Positions 1 through 9,718 are shown, counted from the first letter of the stretch. The stretch: DNA of 45,829 nt from Euryarchaeota archaeon UBA229 (GCA_002505355.1 DAUW01000076.1:50551-96379), one strand, 5' to 3'. Numbers and translations are program-made. The notes: a model not told the origin generated them from the letters alone.

Positions 1-65
1 GGCTTGTTTGCACTGAATCTACCTAACCATCTGCAAAGATTTAGAGAAAAGCGAGCAGAATGACC

Positions 66-1385
66 CTAAGCATTCGATTTTTCGGCAACAACCATGGACA
101 AACGCTTCATCAATTGTTTGATGTTTTCCGTGTTGGCGACATATTGAACGGATAACTTAGTTGAGTTAAGGTACTCCAAGTTCGTATATTCCGTGTTGGT
201 TTTGTTCAATTTCTCTTCTACGACTGCAATATCATTTGTGCCAATGAATGAAATTAGGCATGAGTATAACTCAACATTTGAGATCTCTAACCTGCTAGAT
301 ACGACATTTTCTGTAATGGTCAGTTGTTGCTGGGAGACGACTATTTCAATCTTTGATTGGCTAGATTCTACAGACCAGCAGGTGATATTTTCCTTATCTA
401 AATCGATTAGGATTTGGCCGAGTAATTTGCTTTGGTTATCGATACCTGCGGTATCTACCGTGACCTTGGCGATACTTCTCATACAACCAATGGCTTTCAA
501 TTGGTTAGAATCGATAATACCTGGGCCAATAACGGTTGGCGCATTAACGCCTATCGGAGAGTGAAGATTTCTTACCTCGATGGGTATTCCATAATCTCTG
601 ATTGGTATTACGGTAGTATGATGTATGACTGGTGCATCTAATCTCGATAATTCTCTCGCTTCATCATATCCCAAGTAAGGGATAGGTTTGGTCTCAACCC
701 CCCACCTCGGGTTAATTGACAGTACGCCATCAACGTCTTTCCACAATATTAATTTTTTAGCATCTAGTATTTTTGCGATTGCTGCTGCGCTGTGATCGCT
801 GCCACCCCGGCTGAGAAGTGCCAGGTTACCGTCTCGGCCTTCACCAAACCAACCGGTGATAACCGGAATACCAAAAAAAGCTGCATGATCGAGCTTCTTT
901 ACTGATGTTTCAATATCGACATTTGACGCAGTGTCACTTCCGTTGAGACATATACCAACATCTTCTGACCCTACAGGGTGTGAATCCATGCCTCTTTTTC
1001 TTAATTCATTAGCAACAACTAGTGCTGACAAGCGCTCGCCAGCTGCGAGTAGTGTGTTTACATCGACATAACTTTCTGGGCTTTTTGATAAATTAAACAA
1101 CGATTTGTCAATGCCCGCTAAAACTTTGTTGAATTTGTCGGCAAAACTTGATTCATCAATCAACGGAGAGAAACGCAAATGTTGTTTTCTCAAGTCCGAC
1201 ACAAGTCTAGTTGCGTATCTTGGTTCATTTGCTGCACGCAGTAAACGGTCGGTCACACCCCACAGGGCAGATACGACAATTACCGTCTTGCCTTCTTGTT
1301 TTTCGATCATCTGAGCAATCAATTCGATATCCGAAGAATCTCGCAGGCAAGAGCCACCAAATTTGTGAACTACTACATTATTCAG
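66..1385 (-). CDS. lysC: Aspartate kinase (amino-acid kinase domain plus ACT-like C-terminus); probable CTG start at 1385
   Basis: Motifs VVSA, GERLSA, LSRGGSDHSA, WKDVDG and EARELS. Extending the provided ORF (66..1322) upstream in frame recovers the N-terminal VVVHKFGGS signature. Confidence 0.9.
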   Translation of the reverse strand: MNNVVVHKFGGSCLRDSSDIELIAQMIEKQEGKTVIVVSALWGVTDRLLRAANEPRYATRLVSDLRKQHLRFSPLIDESSFADKFNKVLAGIDKSLFNLSKSPESYVDVNTLLAAGERLSALVVANELRKRGMDSHPVGSEDVGICLNGSDTASNVDIETSVKKLDHAAFFGIPVITGWFGEGRDGNLALLSRGGSDHSAAAIAKILDAKKLILWKDVDGVLSINPRWGVETKPIPYLGYDEARELSRLDAPVIHHTTVIPIRDYGIPIEVRNLHSPIGVNAPTVIGPGIIDSNQLKAIGCMRSIAKVTVDTAGIDNQSKLLGQILIDLDKENITCWSVESSQSKIEIVVSQQQLTITENVVSSRLEISNVELYSCLISFIGTNDIAVVEEKLNKTNTEYTNLEYLNSTKLSVQYVANTENIKQLMKRLSMVVAEKSNA

Positions 1386-2460
1386 GGTAAAAACCTCCCC
1401 TTATTGCGAGGTCAGCGATCGAGAACTTGGCCATTGCTTCAACAACTGCGACCGCTCTTGGGGCAAGCACGGGGTCATGCCTACCCTTGACGATGAGCGG
1501 TTCTTGTCGGTTGGTCGCCATATTCAAGGTCACTTGTTCACGTGGAATACTTGATGGAGGTTTGAAGGCGATTTTACACAATAAATCAGAGCCAGTGGAC
1601 AAACCTGCTAGTGCTCCATCTGGTTTTTCACCTGTCAACACTGGGTTGTCTGTGTCTCCACCCCAGGGATTATTATGTTGACTACCCGTCATATTTATGG
1701 CTGTAAATCCCTCACCAAATTGTATGCCTCTTGCGGCAGGTATCGACATCATTGCTCTTGCAAGATATGGTTCAATGCCATCGAACCAAGGCTCGCCAAT
1801 ACCCATTGGCATTCCAGAAACCTGCAGTTCAACCTCACTGCCGATCGAATCTCGGTTCATTCGGTGAGCTTCAACAGACGCTATCATGTCGCTGGCAGAT
1901 TTAGGGTCTTGACATCTAATCTGTTGACATTCGTCATTAGCCCATTTAGGTGGACAATCAGTAATTGGGGTTGATTTTATCGCCCCTATTGCAGAAACGT
2001 GTGCGTTAACCTTGATATTCAATGCGTCTATAATTGGTGAAATAACCGCAGCTGCTGCAACAATTGGTGCAGTCAATCTTGCACTGGAGGTGCCACCACC
2101 GCGCAGGTCAGCCGCACCGTCGGTTTTTTTCATCATCACCATGTCTTGGTGACCTGGTCTCGGTTGGTTAGGTAAAAATGAGTAGTCTTTTGATCTAACA
2201 TCAGAATTTTTTATTGAGATTTCAATTCGTTCACCTGTTGTTATTGAATTTTTACACCCGGATAGGAATTCTACATTGTCCGGCTCGTTACGCTTACTGG
2301 CATACTTACCTCCTGGTTTGCGCTGGTCCATAGCAATTTGAATTGCTGCATCATCGATTTTTATGCCAGCAGGAACACCATCCAGGTAAGCACCTACTCT
2401 TGGTCCATGGCTGGTGCCAAACAAGGTAAGTCGCAACACCTCGCCAAGACTCATCTGCAT
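1378..2460 (-). CDS. aroC: Chorismate synthase
   Basis: TLFGTSHG, RPGH, RGGGTSSARLTA, FKPPSSI and GRHDP motifs. Start trimmed to MQMSLG (ATG 2460 or 2454). Confidence 0.95.
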   Translation of the reverse strand: MQMSLGEVLRLTLFGTSHGPRVGAYLDGVPAGIKIDDAAIQIAMDQRKPGGKYASKRNEPDNVEFLSGCKNSITTGERIEISIKNSDVRSKDYSFLPNQPRPGHQDMVMMKKTDGAADLRGGGTSSARLTAPIVAAAAVISPIIDALNIKVNAHVSAIGAIKSTPITDCPPKWANDECQQIRCQDPKSASDMIASVEAHRMNRDSIGSEVELQVSGMPMGIGEPWFDGIEPYLARAMMSIPAARGIQFGEGFTAINMTGSQHNNPWGGDTDNPVLTGEKPDGALAGLSTGSDLLCKIAFKPPSSIPREQVTLNMATNRQEPLIVKGRHDPVLAPRAVAVVEAMAKFSIADLAIRGGFYPE

Positions 2461-2506
2461 CGGTATCGCTATTGGCTGGAGGTATTGGTTCAAGAACCTG
2501 CGCAAA

Positions 2507-3406
2507 TTATTCCATTTCTAGTTCATCTGAATCGAGCGATAGGAATTTAGTTTCGATTATTTGCTCATCCGGCATTATTCTTTGCAGTGTTGACTTTATT
2601 CGCTCAACAGACGATGATACCAGACTTGGAATAATAATGACCACCGCAGGACCAGAACCAGTAACACCTGATGCTCTAGCACCATTTATAAACGCATCAT
2701 TGGCAATTTTCCTGCCCTGAATATCGTTGGTAACAGAACATACTGCCCTGCCATTGATGGTCAAACAGTTCAGCAACTCTCCTTGTTGTAAAGCGACTAA
2801 TGCTTTTTCAAACTCTTGAAACATTGGTCCAAAGTCTTCTAATTCTGGTCGAGCTTTCCTCGGCTCTCGTGTCGCAATAATGACAATCCAATCGTCTGGG
2901 TTTAGCCCTGCGCCCGACATTATCACACCATCAGCAACAGATTCCGCATTAGCATCAATTAACTTCCACCCCTTGGTTAAACAGGCCCATGAATCATCGA
3001 TTGAGCCAGTTATTGACACACCAGCATTAATTTGTGCTTGCGATGACAAATCGACTATTTGATTATCGTTTAATGCAGTTTGTGTAGCCTCGCAGAGAGC
3101 TTTTAATGCCGCTACAGAGATTGCTGCACTCGACTTCAAGCCGCGTTGTTTTGGTATTTTTGAGGCAACCGCCCAGTGTATGTCACCAGATTCTAGACCG
3201 TCTGGTAGGGGTAAATCATTGCTAACCCATGTTTCAACAACTGCAGTAAACAAATTATCAGGATCGTCTAGTCGTCGTTTGCTCGGTCTGTCAAGCGCTT
3301 TGACTATCACAGGTAAATCCAGAGCGATTGAAGCACCGTACCCTGTGCCTGCAGCATGTAGTAGGCTGCACGCGCCATGTGCCTGACCAGTACCTATCAC
3401 CGCCAT
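2507..3406 (-). CDS. aroK: Archaeal (GHMP-type) shikimate kinase
   Basis: GLKSSAA, SITGSIDD and GVTGSGPA GHMP motifs; aro operon context; GGAGGT ribosome-binding site before ATG 3406. Confidence 0.92.
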   Translation of the reverse strand: MAVIGTGQAHGACSLLHAAGTGYGASIALDLPVIVKALDRPSKRRLDDPDNLFTAVVETWVSNDLPLPDGLESGDIHWAVASKIPKQRGLKSSAAISVAALKALCEATQTALNDNQIVDLSSQAQINAGVSITGSIDDSWACLTKGWKLIDANAESVADGVIMSGAGLNPDDWIVIIATREPRKARPELEDFGPMFQEFEKALVALQQGELLNCLTINGRAVCSVTNDIQGRKIANDAFINGARASGVTGSGPAVVIIIPSLVSSSVERIKSTLQRIMPDEQIIETKFLSLDSDELEME

Positions 3407-3407
3407 T

Positions 3408-4421
3408 CTATACCTCCTTTGACGTGGTTGAGACTCTGTTACCAATGTGTCTTGTATGACTAGAGTTGTGGCAAAGCAACGAATCTCCAGGTTTCAGTTC
3501 GGTCACAGATTTCACCTCCCCCAAGCCCGCCACAACGCGTACCGTCTCCGCCTGCTGGAGATATATAGAATTAGATATTTGATAGACATTTTCCCAGATT
3601 ATCTTCAGAAAAGGACGTCGTTCAATTTTAAGCCGGCCAATAGTAGCAGATCTGGTACCACCATTTTCAGATACCACCAAGACTTCATCCCCTGACGATA
3701 ATTCAGAGAGATATTTTGTTTTATAATCAGCCATCATTACATATGAATGAGGTGGCCCAGCGTTTACCCGAAACGGTCTTGAAGGCACGAAATCAGACTC
3801 AAAAACCTCACCGTGAATTAAAGCCAAAGATGAGGCACTAGATCCAATGAGCATACCTTCACCAGGTGATATTAAAGATGTCAAATCTATACAGTAACGC
3901 TCACCGGAACCACCCGACTCTATACTGATTATTTTTCCATTGGTTAAGCTAACAGATTCTAAGGAAACCATGTCATTATTTTCGTAACTACCGTTGCGTT
4001 CTAGTCGTTGTGATTTGGCAATTTCGCAAGCCGTTATTAGCGGCTTATTTGGTTCAATAATGATCGCATCAACGCCTTTTTCTAAGGCAAAAGCAACTCC
4101 GTTAATCTCATCAGCAGCATCTACGATGATTGCCAACTTTGTTCCGCTATTCTCACATTCTGCGATTAGGTTCTCAATCGGAATCATCTGCCAGTCCGAG
4201 AAATCCAGTAATAGCCATTCAACTAACCCAATTTTGGCGCGTGCTTGCTCATAAGTTGAACGGTCATGAACGGGAAAAAATGCGCCAATGATTTCCCCAT
4301 CCAGGGTTAACTTATCTGCATCGAGTATTATGCCATCGCCCTCATACTGTAATTTGTTATCGAATACTGTGTGGAGTGCAGATGGTAACGGATTTTTCCT
4401 CAAGTCACACCAAACCTGCAC
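3408..4421 (-). CDS. aroB': 3-dehydroquinate synthase II (archaeal type)
   Basis: DWQMIPIENLIA, LEKGVD, GERYCID, RPFRVNAG, YLSEL, KIERRP and LQQAETVR motifs. Confidence 0.93.
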   Translation of the reverse strand: MQVWCDLRKNPLPSALHTVFDNKLQYEGDGIILDADKLTLDGEIIGAFFPVHDRSTYEQARAKIGLVEWLLLDFSDWQMIPIENLIAECENSGTKLAIIVDAADEINGVAFALEKGVDAIIIEPNKPLITACEIAKSQRLERNGSYENNDMVSLESVSLTNGKIISIESGGSGERYCIDLTSLISPGEGMLIGSSASSLALIHGEVFESDFVPSRPFRVNAGPPHSYVMMADYKTKYLSELSSGDEVLVVSENGGTRSATIGRLKIERRPFLKIIWENVYQISNSIYLQQAETVRVVAGLGEVKSVTELKPGDSLLCHNSSHTRHIGNRVSTTSKEV

Positions 4422-4430
4422 ACTATCACC

Positions 4431-5228
4431 TTACAAAGAACACTTTTCCATTGCCTCGTCTACAGTATGGTTACCATGAACTATCATTACCAATGCTTGG
4501 GTTATTGCCGTGGCATTTGGATGGGCGAAAATCTGTCTACCCATGCAAACACCAGCACCACCAGCTTCGATTGATTGTTTTACCATTGTCAGTATCTGCC
4601 GACTGTCGCCAGTTGCAGGACCGCCGGCTACTAACAGCGGAACTGGGGCTGCCCGGCAGACTTTTTCGAAACTGGCAATGTCTCCAGTCCAGACGGTTTT
4701 AATGGCATCACAACCCAGTTCGAAGCCGATTCTTGCAGCATGAGCGTATCCCTTGGTTGGGTCATCTTTCATGAGGTTTACATTTTCACCTCTAACATAA
4801 AGCATTCCAAGAACCGGGACTTGATTTAGAAATGCTTCTGAGGTGATATGGCCCATTCTTTGTAACATGTCTGCTTCTTTTTTGCTACCGATATTGACTT
4901 GGCAAGAGACTCCAACAGCGCCTCGCATAATTGCTTCGTCGACATCCCCTACCAGTACCTTGTTACTGTGATTTTTTCCGCCATGTCTGGTCGATGCTGA
5001 TAGGTGGGCAAGCATACTAGTCTTGGTACCTTCACAAAGGTGACTAAATTTATCGACAACTCCTTTGTGAGCAATAATGACGTCAGCTTCTCCGGCAATT
5101 AGCGCAAGAATTGTTGTCTCAATGTCTTCAAGCCCTTGGCATGGAAAGTCTGTTACACCATGGTCAATTGGTACCCAGACGCCTTTGCCAGCGGGGAGAA
5201 TCTTCGCCATAATATCCTGCTTTGCCAT
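4431..5228 (-). CDS. aroA': 2-amino-3,7-dideoxy-D-threo-hept-6-ulosonate synthase (DhnA-type class I aldolase)
   Basis: PIDHG, ELGCDAIKT (Schiff-base Lys), VAGG and GRQIF motifs; adjacent to DHQ synthase II. Confidence 0.85.
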   Translation of the reverse strand: MAKQDIMAKILPAGKGVWVPIDHGVTDFPCQGLEDIETTILALIAGEADVIIAHKGVVDKFSHLCEGTKTSMLAHLSASTRHGGKNHSNKVLVGDVDEAIMRGAVGVSCQVNIGSKKEADMLQRMGHITSEAFLNQVPVLGMLYVRGENVNLMKDDPTKGYAHAARIGFELGCDAIKTVWTGDIASFEKVCRAAPVPLLVAGGPATGDSRQILTMVKQSIEAGGAGVCMGRQIFAHPNATAITQALVMIVHGNHTVDEAMEKCSL

Positions 5229-5345
5229 TGTTGTTGCTAAAATCTCTTATTGTTCAATACTTTGCATTTTCTTAGGAGTAAAAATTAGCAGTTTTAGTTG
5301 ATGTCTGACATGTTACTAACCGATGCTTCAAAAGACTAGTTCGCT

Positions 5346-7109
5346 ATGGGTATGTCAATGGAACCAGTTACCATGGTGGCAATGGGCGCTCTTAGTGGCG
5401 GCTTTTTATTTGGAATATGGTACACACTGGTGCGTAGTGATGCGAAATTAAACATGCGACCGGGGATGACTGCTGAGGGTCTGCGACAAGATACAGGAGC
5501 CCCCAGTTTTGGCAGAACTAAACAGGAAATCGACCGTAAACTAGCGATTGTTGAAGCCCGTAGAAGGCGAGCAGAATTAGTGGAATCACGTCTTGCCGCC
5601 CAAGAAGCAGAATTGAGAGCGGCAGAAAATGCTCGTCGGTTAGCGGAAGAGGCAGAGCGAGAGAGAATTCGCCGACAGGAAGCAACCATCCGTGCTGAAG
5701 AAGAAGCTCGATTACGTAGAGAAGCCGAAGAACAGCAAAGAAATGCTGAGGCTGAATCTGAAAGACTCCGACTCGAGGAAGAATCCCAGCTGGCACGACA
5801 ACGTGCAGAGGAAGAGGAACGTTTAGCAAAGGAGCGAGAAGAACTACGACAAGCTGAAATGGCTGCTGCGGAGGAACAACGATTGGCAGAGTTAGAAGCG
5901 GCTAGATTACAGGAAGAGATGGATTCTAGAGCCGCTGCAGAGGCTGCAATGTCCGAGTTACAAGCAAGGCTGCAAAGAGAGGGAGCAATGACCGGGGATG
6001 TCCAAATTTCACTTATGTGGGAGAACTTCAACGATCTAGACCTGCACGTAGTATGTCCCTCAGGGGAGAGAATACACGGTGGCAACAAAAAATCAGAATG
6101 CGGCGGAGAATTAGACGTCGACGCAAATGTCAGACCAGAAACAAAAAAACCGGTGGAAAATGTCGTGTGGCCGGGAGTTACCGCGCCTCCAGGGAATTAT
6201 CAAGTATACGTTCATCACTACAAGAAGCATAGAAAGCGTCGGACAAAAGACCCCACAACCTTCCAAATAATAGTCAATAATGTGGGGGATTATAGAGAAT
6301 ACCACGGGGATTTGACCCATGGAGACCCAATTAAGTTAGTTTGCCAGTTTGAAGTGCCAGATAGAGCAGAACAATCTGAGAATGCTAAGCATAGTTTGGA
6401 AGAGCAAATGCGTTTAGAGGCTGCAGAATCTGCCCGTCTTGAGGAAGAGCGAGAGGCGGAAGAGCGTCAGAGGCAAGCAGACCTTGCAGAAGCAGAACAG
6501 CAAAGAGTCGCAGAACTTGAGGCAGCAAAAAAGCAAGAAGAATTGGAGGCAAGACAGGCCGCAGAGACCGCAATGAAAGAACTTCAGGAAAGATTGGACC
6601 GTGAAGGTGCGAGGTCAGGTGATGTTCAAATATCGCTAATGTGGGATAATTACAATGACCTTGACTTGCACGTTGTTTGTCCATCTGGCGAGAGGATTCA
6701 CGGTGGTAACAAGACCTCTGAATGTGGCGGTGAGTTAGATGTCGATGCCAATGTACGACCAGAAACCAAAAAGCCGGTGGAGAATGTGGTTTGGGATGAC
6801 AATACCGCTCAGCCAGGAGAGTATCAAGTGTATGTCCATCATTACAAGAAACACAAGAAGCGCAGGACAAAAGATCCGACAAAATTCAAAGTGATTGTCA
6901 ATAATGTTGGAGAATTGCTTGAGTTTGATGGTCAGTTGTCCCACGGCGACCCGATCAAATTGGTTGCACAATTTGATGTCCCAACTTCTGAGGAGAGGCA
7001 ATCTAGAATCGATGCTATTAAGGCCGAAATGGACATATTGTCGTCGAGTAATGATGACGACGATGAGGCAGAGGTTGAAGTTCAGATTGAGGACGATAAT
7101 GGTGATTGA
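5346..7109 (+). CDS. Membrane-anchored coiled-coil protein with two tandem YfaP/DUF2135-like domains
   Basis: N-terminal hydrophobic helix, E/R/A-rich coiled coil, and two copies of VQISLMW.N.NDLDLHV.CPSGE...GGELDVDAN...PVEN..W...G.Y.VYVH. Confidence 0.7.
   Translation: MGMSMEPVTMVAMGALSGGFLFGIWYTLVRSDAKLNMRPGMTAEGLRQDTGAPSFGRTKQEIDRKLAIVEARRRRAELVESRLAAQEAELRAAENARRLAEEAERERIRRQEATIRAEEEARLRREAEEQQRNAEAESERLRLEEESQLARQRAEEEERLAKEREELRQAEMAAAEEQRLAELEAARLQEEMDSRAAAEAAMSELQARLQREGAMTGDVQISLMWENFNDLDLHVVCPSGERIHGGNKKSECGGELDVDANVRPETKKPVENVVWPGVTAPPGNYQVYVHHYKKHRKRRTKDPTTFQIIVNNVGDYREYHGDLTHGDPIKLVCQFEVPDRAEQSENAKHSLEEQMRLEAAESARLEEEREAEERQRQADLAEAEQQRVAELEAAKKQEELEARQAAETAMKELQERLDREGARSGDVQISLMWDNYNDLDLHVVCPSGERIHGGNKTSECGGELDVDANVRPETKKPVENVVWDDNTAQPGEYQVYVHHYKKHKKRRTKDPTKFKVIVNNVGELLEFDGQLSHGDPIKLVAQFDVPTSEERQSRIDAIKAEMDILSSSNDDDDEAEVEVQIEDDNGD
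5860..6983 (+). repeat. Intragenic tandem duplication, period 624 nt (208 aa)
   Basis: GDVQISLMW starts at 5994 and again at 6618. The two protein copies are near-identical, with mostly synonymous DNA differences. Confidence 0.92.
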
Positions 7110-8222
7110 TCAGGATAAAATATCCGTTAATCTATCATCATTTTTGGCTTTCTTTATCGCCCTGGCGATTCGTCTTCCAGTAGACATTCTTTCTTCATTT
7201 ATATCACTGTAAGGCGAACCGCCGATAAATGGGTTTGAGCCTGCAACAATTCGCGCACTTATTTCGAATACCTTGAACTCTAGTTTGTCGGTAACGATAG
7301 TCTCCAAACAAAACGGTCCAATCATACCTCTGCTCTCTTCTTCTAGGACAAACGATTCCGCAACGGTTCCTTCGGCCATTTCAAATGCTCTTGGTAGTAA
7401 TGATTCGCGAATTACAACAGGCTGGTTTCCAGTCACAACAAAAGAGGGTTCAAGACTCATTTCCCGCAGGTCTCTAAGCGATCCTAGCTTGTAGAACTCG
7501 TCAACATTAGATTCGTCTCTGCGATCCATCGACAATAACTCAAGACGCCCTAAATTCTTACCAGCATACTTACCTTTGCCTTGGACTTGGTAACCATCCT
7601 CAGCAATAGGGTCAAAGAAGAAATGAAGATAATACCTGCATCCTAGCACATATTCTTGAATTGTGAATTCCTCTTCTATGTCGACATTTCTTCGAAAATC
7701 TCGATAATCTCGAGCTATAAAGTAACCTCTTCCCCCCTTCGCTCCAGCGTATTTGACAATTACAGGTCCATCGATGTCATGTGGGTCTTCCAGCACCTTG
7801 GGCATTTCACATCCGCCTGCCTCCAACCAGTCTCTTTGCCTTTGACGACTGCTTTCCCAGTGTAAGATGCCGCGATTGCCAAATGTTGGAACTTGTAAAT
7901 TCTTAAAATTAGTAGAACCAAGATACTCAACCAATGAACCATGAGGGATAATTATTACATTGCGCTCCCTAAACCACTCAGCGTAGTCAAGCATTTCTCG
8001 ATAATCTTCCAAGATTAACCATTCATCTGGATCAGCACCAGGGAATGCTTGGTAGATTTTCCGACGATTTTCTCCTACTGCGATGCCTAAGGTTCTGAAG
8101 CCTTCTTGCTTTGCACCGTGAAGGATTTGTAGTGATGAGTGCGATGCAACAACTCCTACTGTGAGTTTATCCTTGTCATAGTCGGCGAGCCAGGATGTCA
8201 GTGTATCTCTGTCCACGCCCAT
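7110..8222 (-). CDS. purP: FAICAR synthetase PurP family (ATP-grasp)
   Basis: ASHSSLQI, IPHGS, GAKGGRGYF, QEYVLG, DRRDESN, RESLL, GPFCLE and FEISARIVAG motifs. Confidence 0.92.
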   Translation of the reverse strand: MGVDRDTLTSWLADYDKDKLTVGVVASHSSLQILHGAKQEGFRTLGIAVGENRRKIYQAFPGADPDEWLILEDYREMLDYAEWFRERNVIIIPHGSLVEYLGSTNFKNLQVPTFGNRGILHWESSRQRQRDWLEAGGCEMPKVLEDPHDIDGPVIVKYAGAKGGRGYFIARDYRDFRRNVDIEEEFTIQEYVLGCRYYLHFFFDPIAEDGYQVQGKGKYAGKNLGRLELLSMDRRDESNVDEFYKLGSLRDLREMSLEPSFVVTGNQPVVIRESLLPRAFEMAEGTVAESFVLEEESRGMIGPFCLETIVTDKLEFKVFEISARIVAGSNPFIGGSPYSDINEERMSTGRRIARAIKKAKNDDRLTDILS

Positions 8223-8367
8223 ATTGAGTGGTTTAGTGTTCCCTCTATGAGCATTATGGACATATAACTCAATATGAAACTGAAATTAGGGTTAATTCTC
8301 CCTCTTGGTCGACATTTCAACAGTAAACCCAGTGAAAGTTCAAGTCTTGAGTTAACATCCCCACTAC

Positions 8368-9462
8368 ATGGAAGCCAACGAACACCGGAACAGGATGACT
8401 TATGGCAACTATCTGAGACTCGAGGAAATACTTGGGCTGCAGGAAGGGCCCGCAGACTATTCGCCAGCCCCGTGTAACAACGAGAAGCATTTCATCATAG
8501 TTCACCAAGCATTTGAATTATGGTTTAAATTAGTCCTCACTGAGCTAAAGCAGGTACATAAACTGATGAGCAGTGAAGAAATTGACGAGAACTCAATGCC
8601 GATAATAGTGCATCACTTGAAGCGAGTTTCTGCGGTTTTTGACCTCATGTCGCAACAGTGGAAAGTCATGGAAACTTTGACTCCACAAGACTTCTTATCA
8701 TTTAGGGACCGACTTGGGACATCATCAGGATTTGAATCTTGGCAGTTGAGGCAAATCGAGATAATACTAGGTCTTGAACAGCAACAGAGAGACGCAGGCA
8801 TGGATCCTCTAAACCACATGAAAAAACTAGAGTCTGAGGGTAAAATCTCTGCTAAAGTATTGGCCGAATTCAACTCAGTCTTGCAGGCTCCATCACTAAA
8901 CCAACTGCTGACAAACTGGCTATCTCGCACCCCGATTAATGGTTCAATCACTGGGAACCCTGGTGATCAAGATGTGGTATCAACCTACATAGACGGACAT
9001 CTTTCTGCTATGAGAGCGCATTCAGACATCATTATTTCACACTTCGAGTCAATTGGCCACGGCGATGAATCCACGATGAGGGAGCGCCTCAACAAATCAT
9101 TGTCTAATGCGGAGCAGTTCTTACGGCCAAATGGTGAAATAAATAGGTCAAGAGCAGGCTTGTTATTCATTGAATCATATCGCGAACTGCCACTACTTTC
9201 ATGGCCGCGAGAATTGATAGATTCTTTTGTTGATCTTGAAGAGTCCATTCTCCTGTTCAGAAATTCACACGCTAGAATGGTTGAAAGAATGATTGGTAGA
9301 AGAATGGGCACGGGCGGGTCGAGTGGTGTTGATTATCTCGATGCAACTTTGAAATATCGGATTTTCGTTGATTTATGGACTGTTAGGACCATTTTGGTCA
9401 GGCGAGACCTAATTCCCAGCGTAGTTGGGTTGGAATACTACGGTTTTAATTCTCAGCACTGA
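8368..9462 (+). CDS. kynA: Tryptophan 2,3-dioxygenase
   Basis: YGNYLRL, FIIVHQAFELWFK, FRDRLGTSSGFES and H.RMVERMIG..MGTGGSSG..YL motifs. Confidence 0.95.
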   Translation: MEANEHRNRMTYGNYLRLEEILGLQEGPADYSPAPCNNEKHFIIVHQAFELWFKLVLTELKQVHKLMSSEEIDENSMPIIVHHLKRVSAVFDLMSQQWKVMETLTPQDFLSFRDRLGTSSGFESWQLRQIEIILGLEQQQRDAGMDPLNHMKKLESEGKISAKVLAEFNSVLQAPSLNQLLTNWLSRTPINGSITGNPGDQDVVSTYIDGHLSAMRAHSDIIISHFESIGHGDESTMRERLNKSLSNAEQFLRPNGEINRSRAGLLFIESYRELPLLSWPRELIDSFVDLEESILLFRNSHARMVERMIGRRMGTGGSSGVDYLDATLKYRIFVDLWTVRTILVRRDLIPSVVGLEYYGFNSQH

Positions 9463-9463
9463 A

Positions 9464-9718
9464 TCATTCTTCATGCGGGTCGATATCGATTGGAATTAAT
9501 TCGTGCTCATATTCGTACAGCGCTATTTTTAGTGGATCAAGCACATAGCGAACTGAGGCTTCCTCAAACCCATAAAGTGATATTAGTTCATCCTTGAATG
9601 CTTCTCTAAGAACTTCCTCGCCAGCATAAAGAGGTGCACCCATCCCTATTTGCAATGCTCTTGCACCGATAATTCTAGCTCTTTCAAATCGGGTATGTAG
9701 GCGAATTGGTTTAACCAT
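9464..9718 (-). CDS. rpoK: DNA-directed RNA polymerase subunit K (Rpo6)
   Basis: [20 protein letters not shown] signature and DP..IA..E....IPI. Confidence 0.93.
   Translation of the reverse strand: MVKPIRLHTRFERARIIGARALQIGMGAPLYAGEEVLREAFKDELISLYGFEEASVRYVLDPLKIALYEYEHELIPIDIDPHEE

Noticed and set aside
5336..6088. 250-aa antisense ORF
   Set aside because: It is the S/R/A-rich shadow of the E/R/A coiled-coil gene on the + strand and has no independent features.
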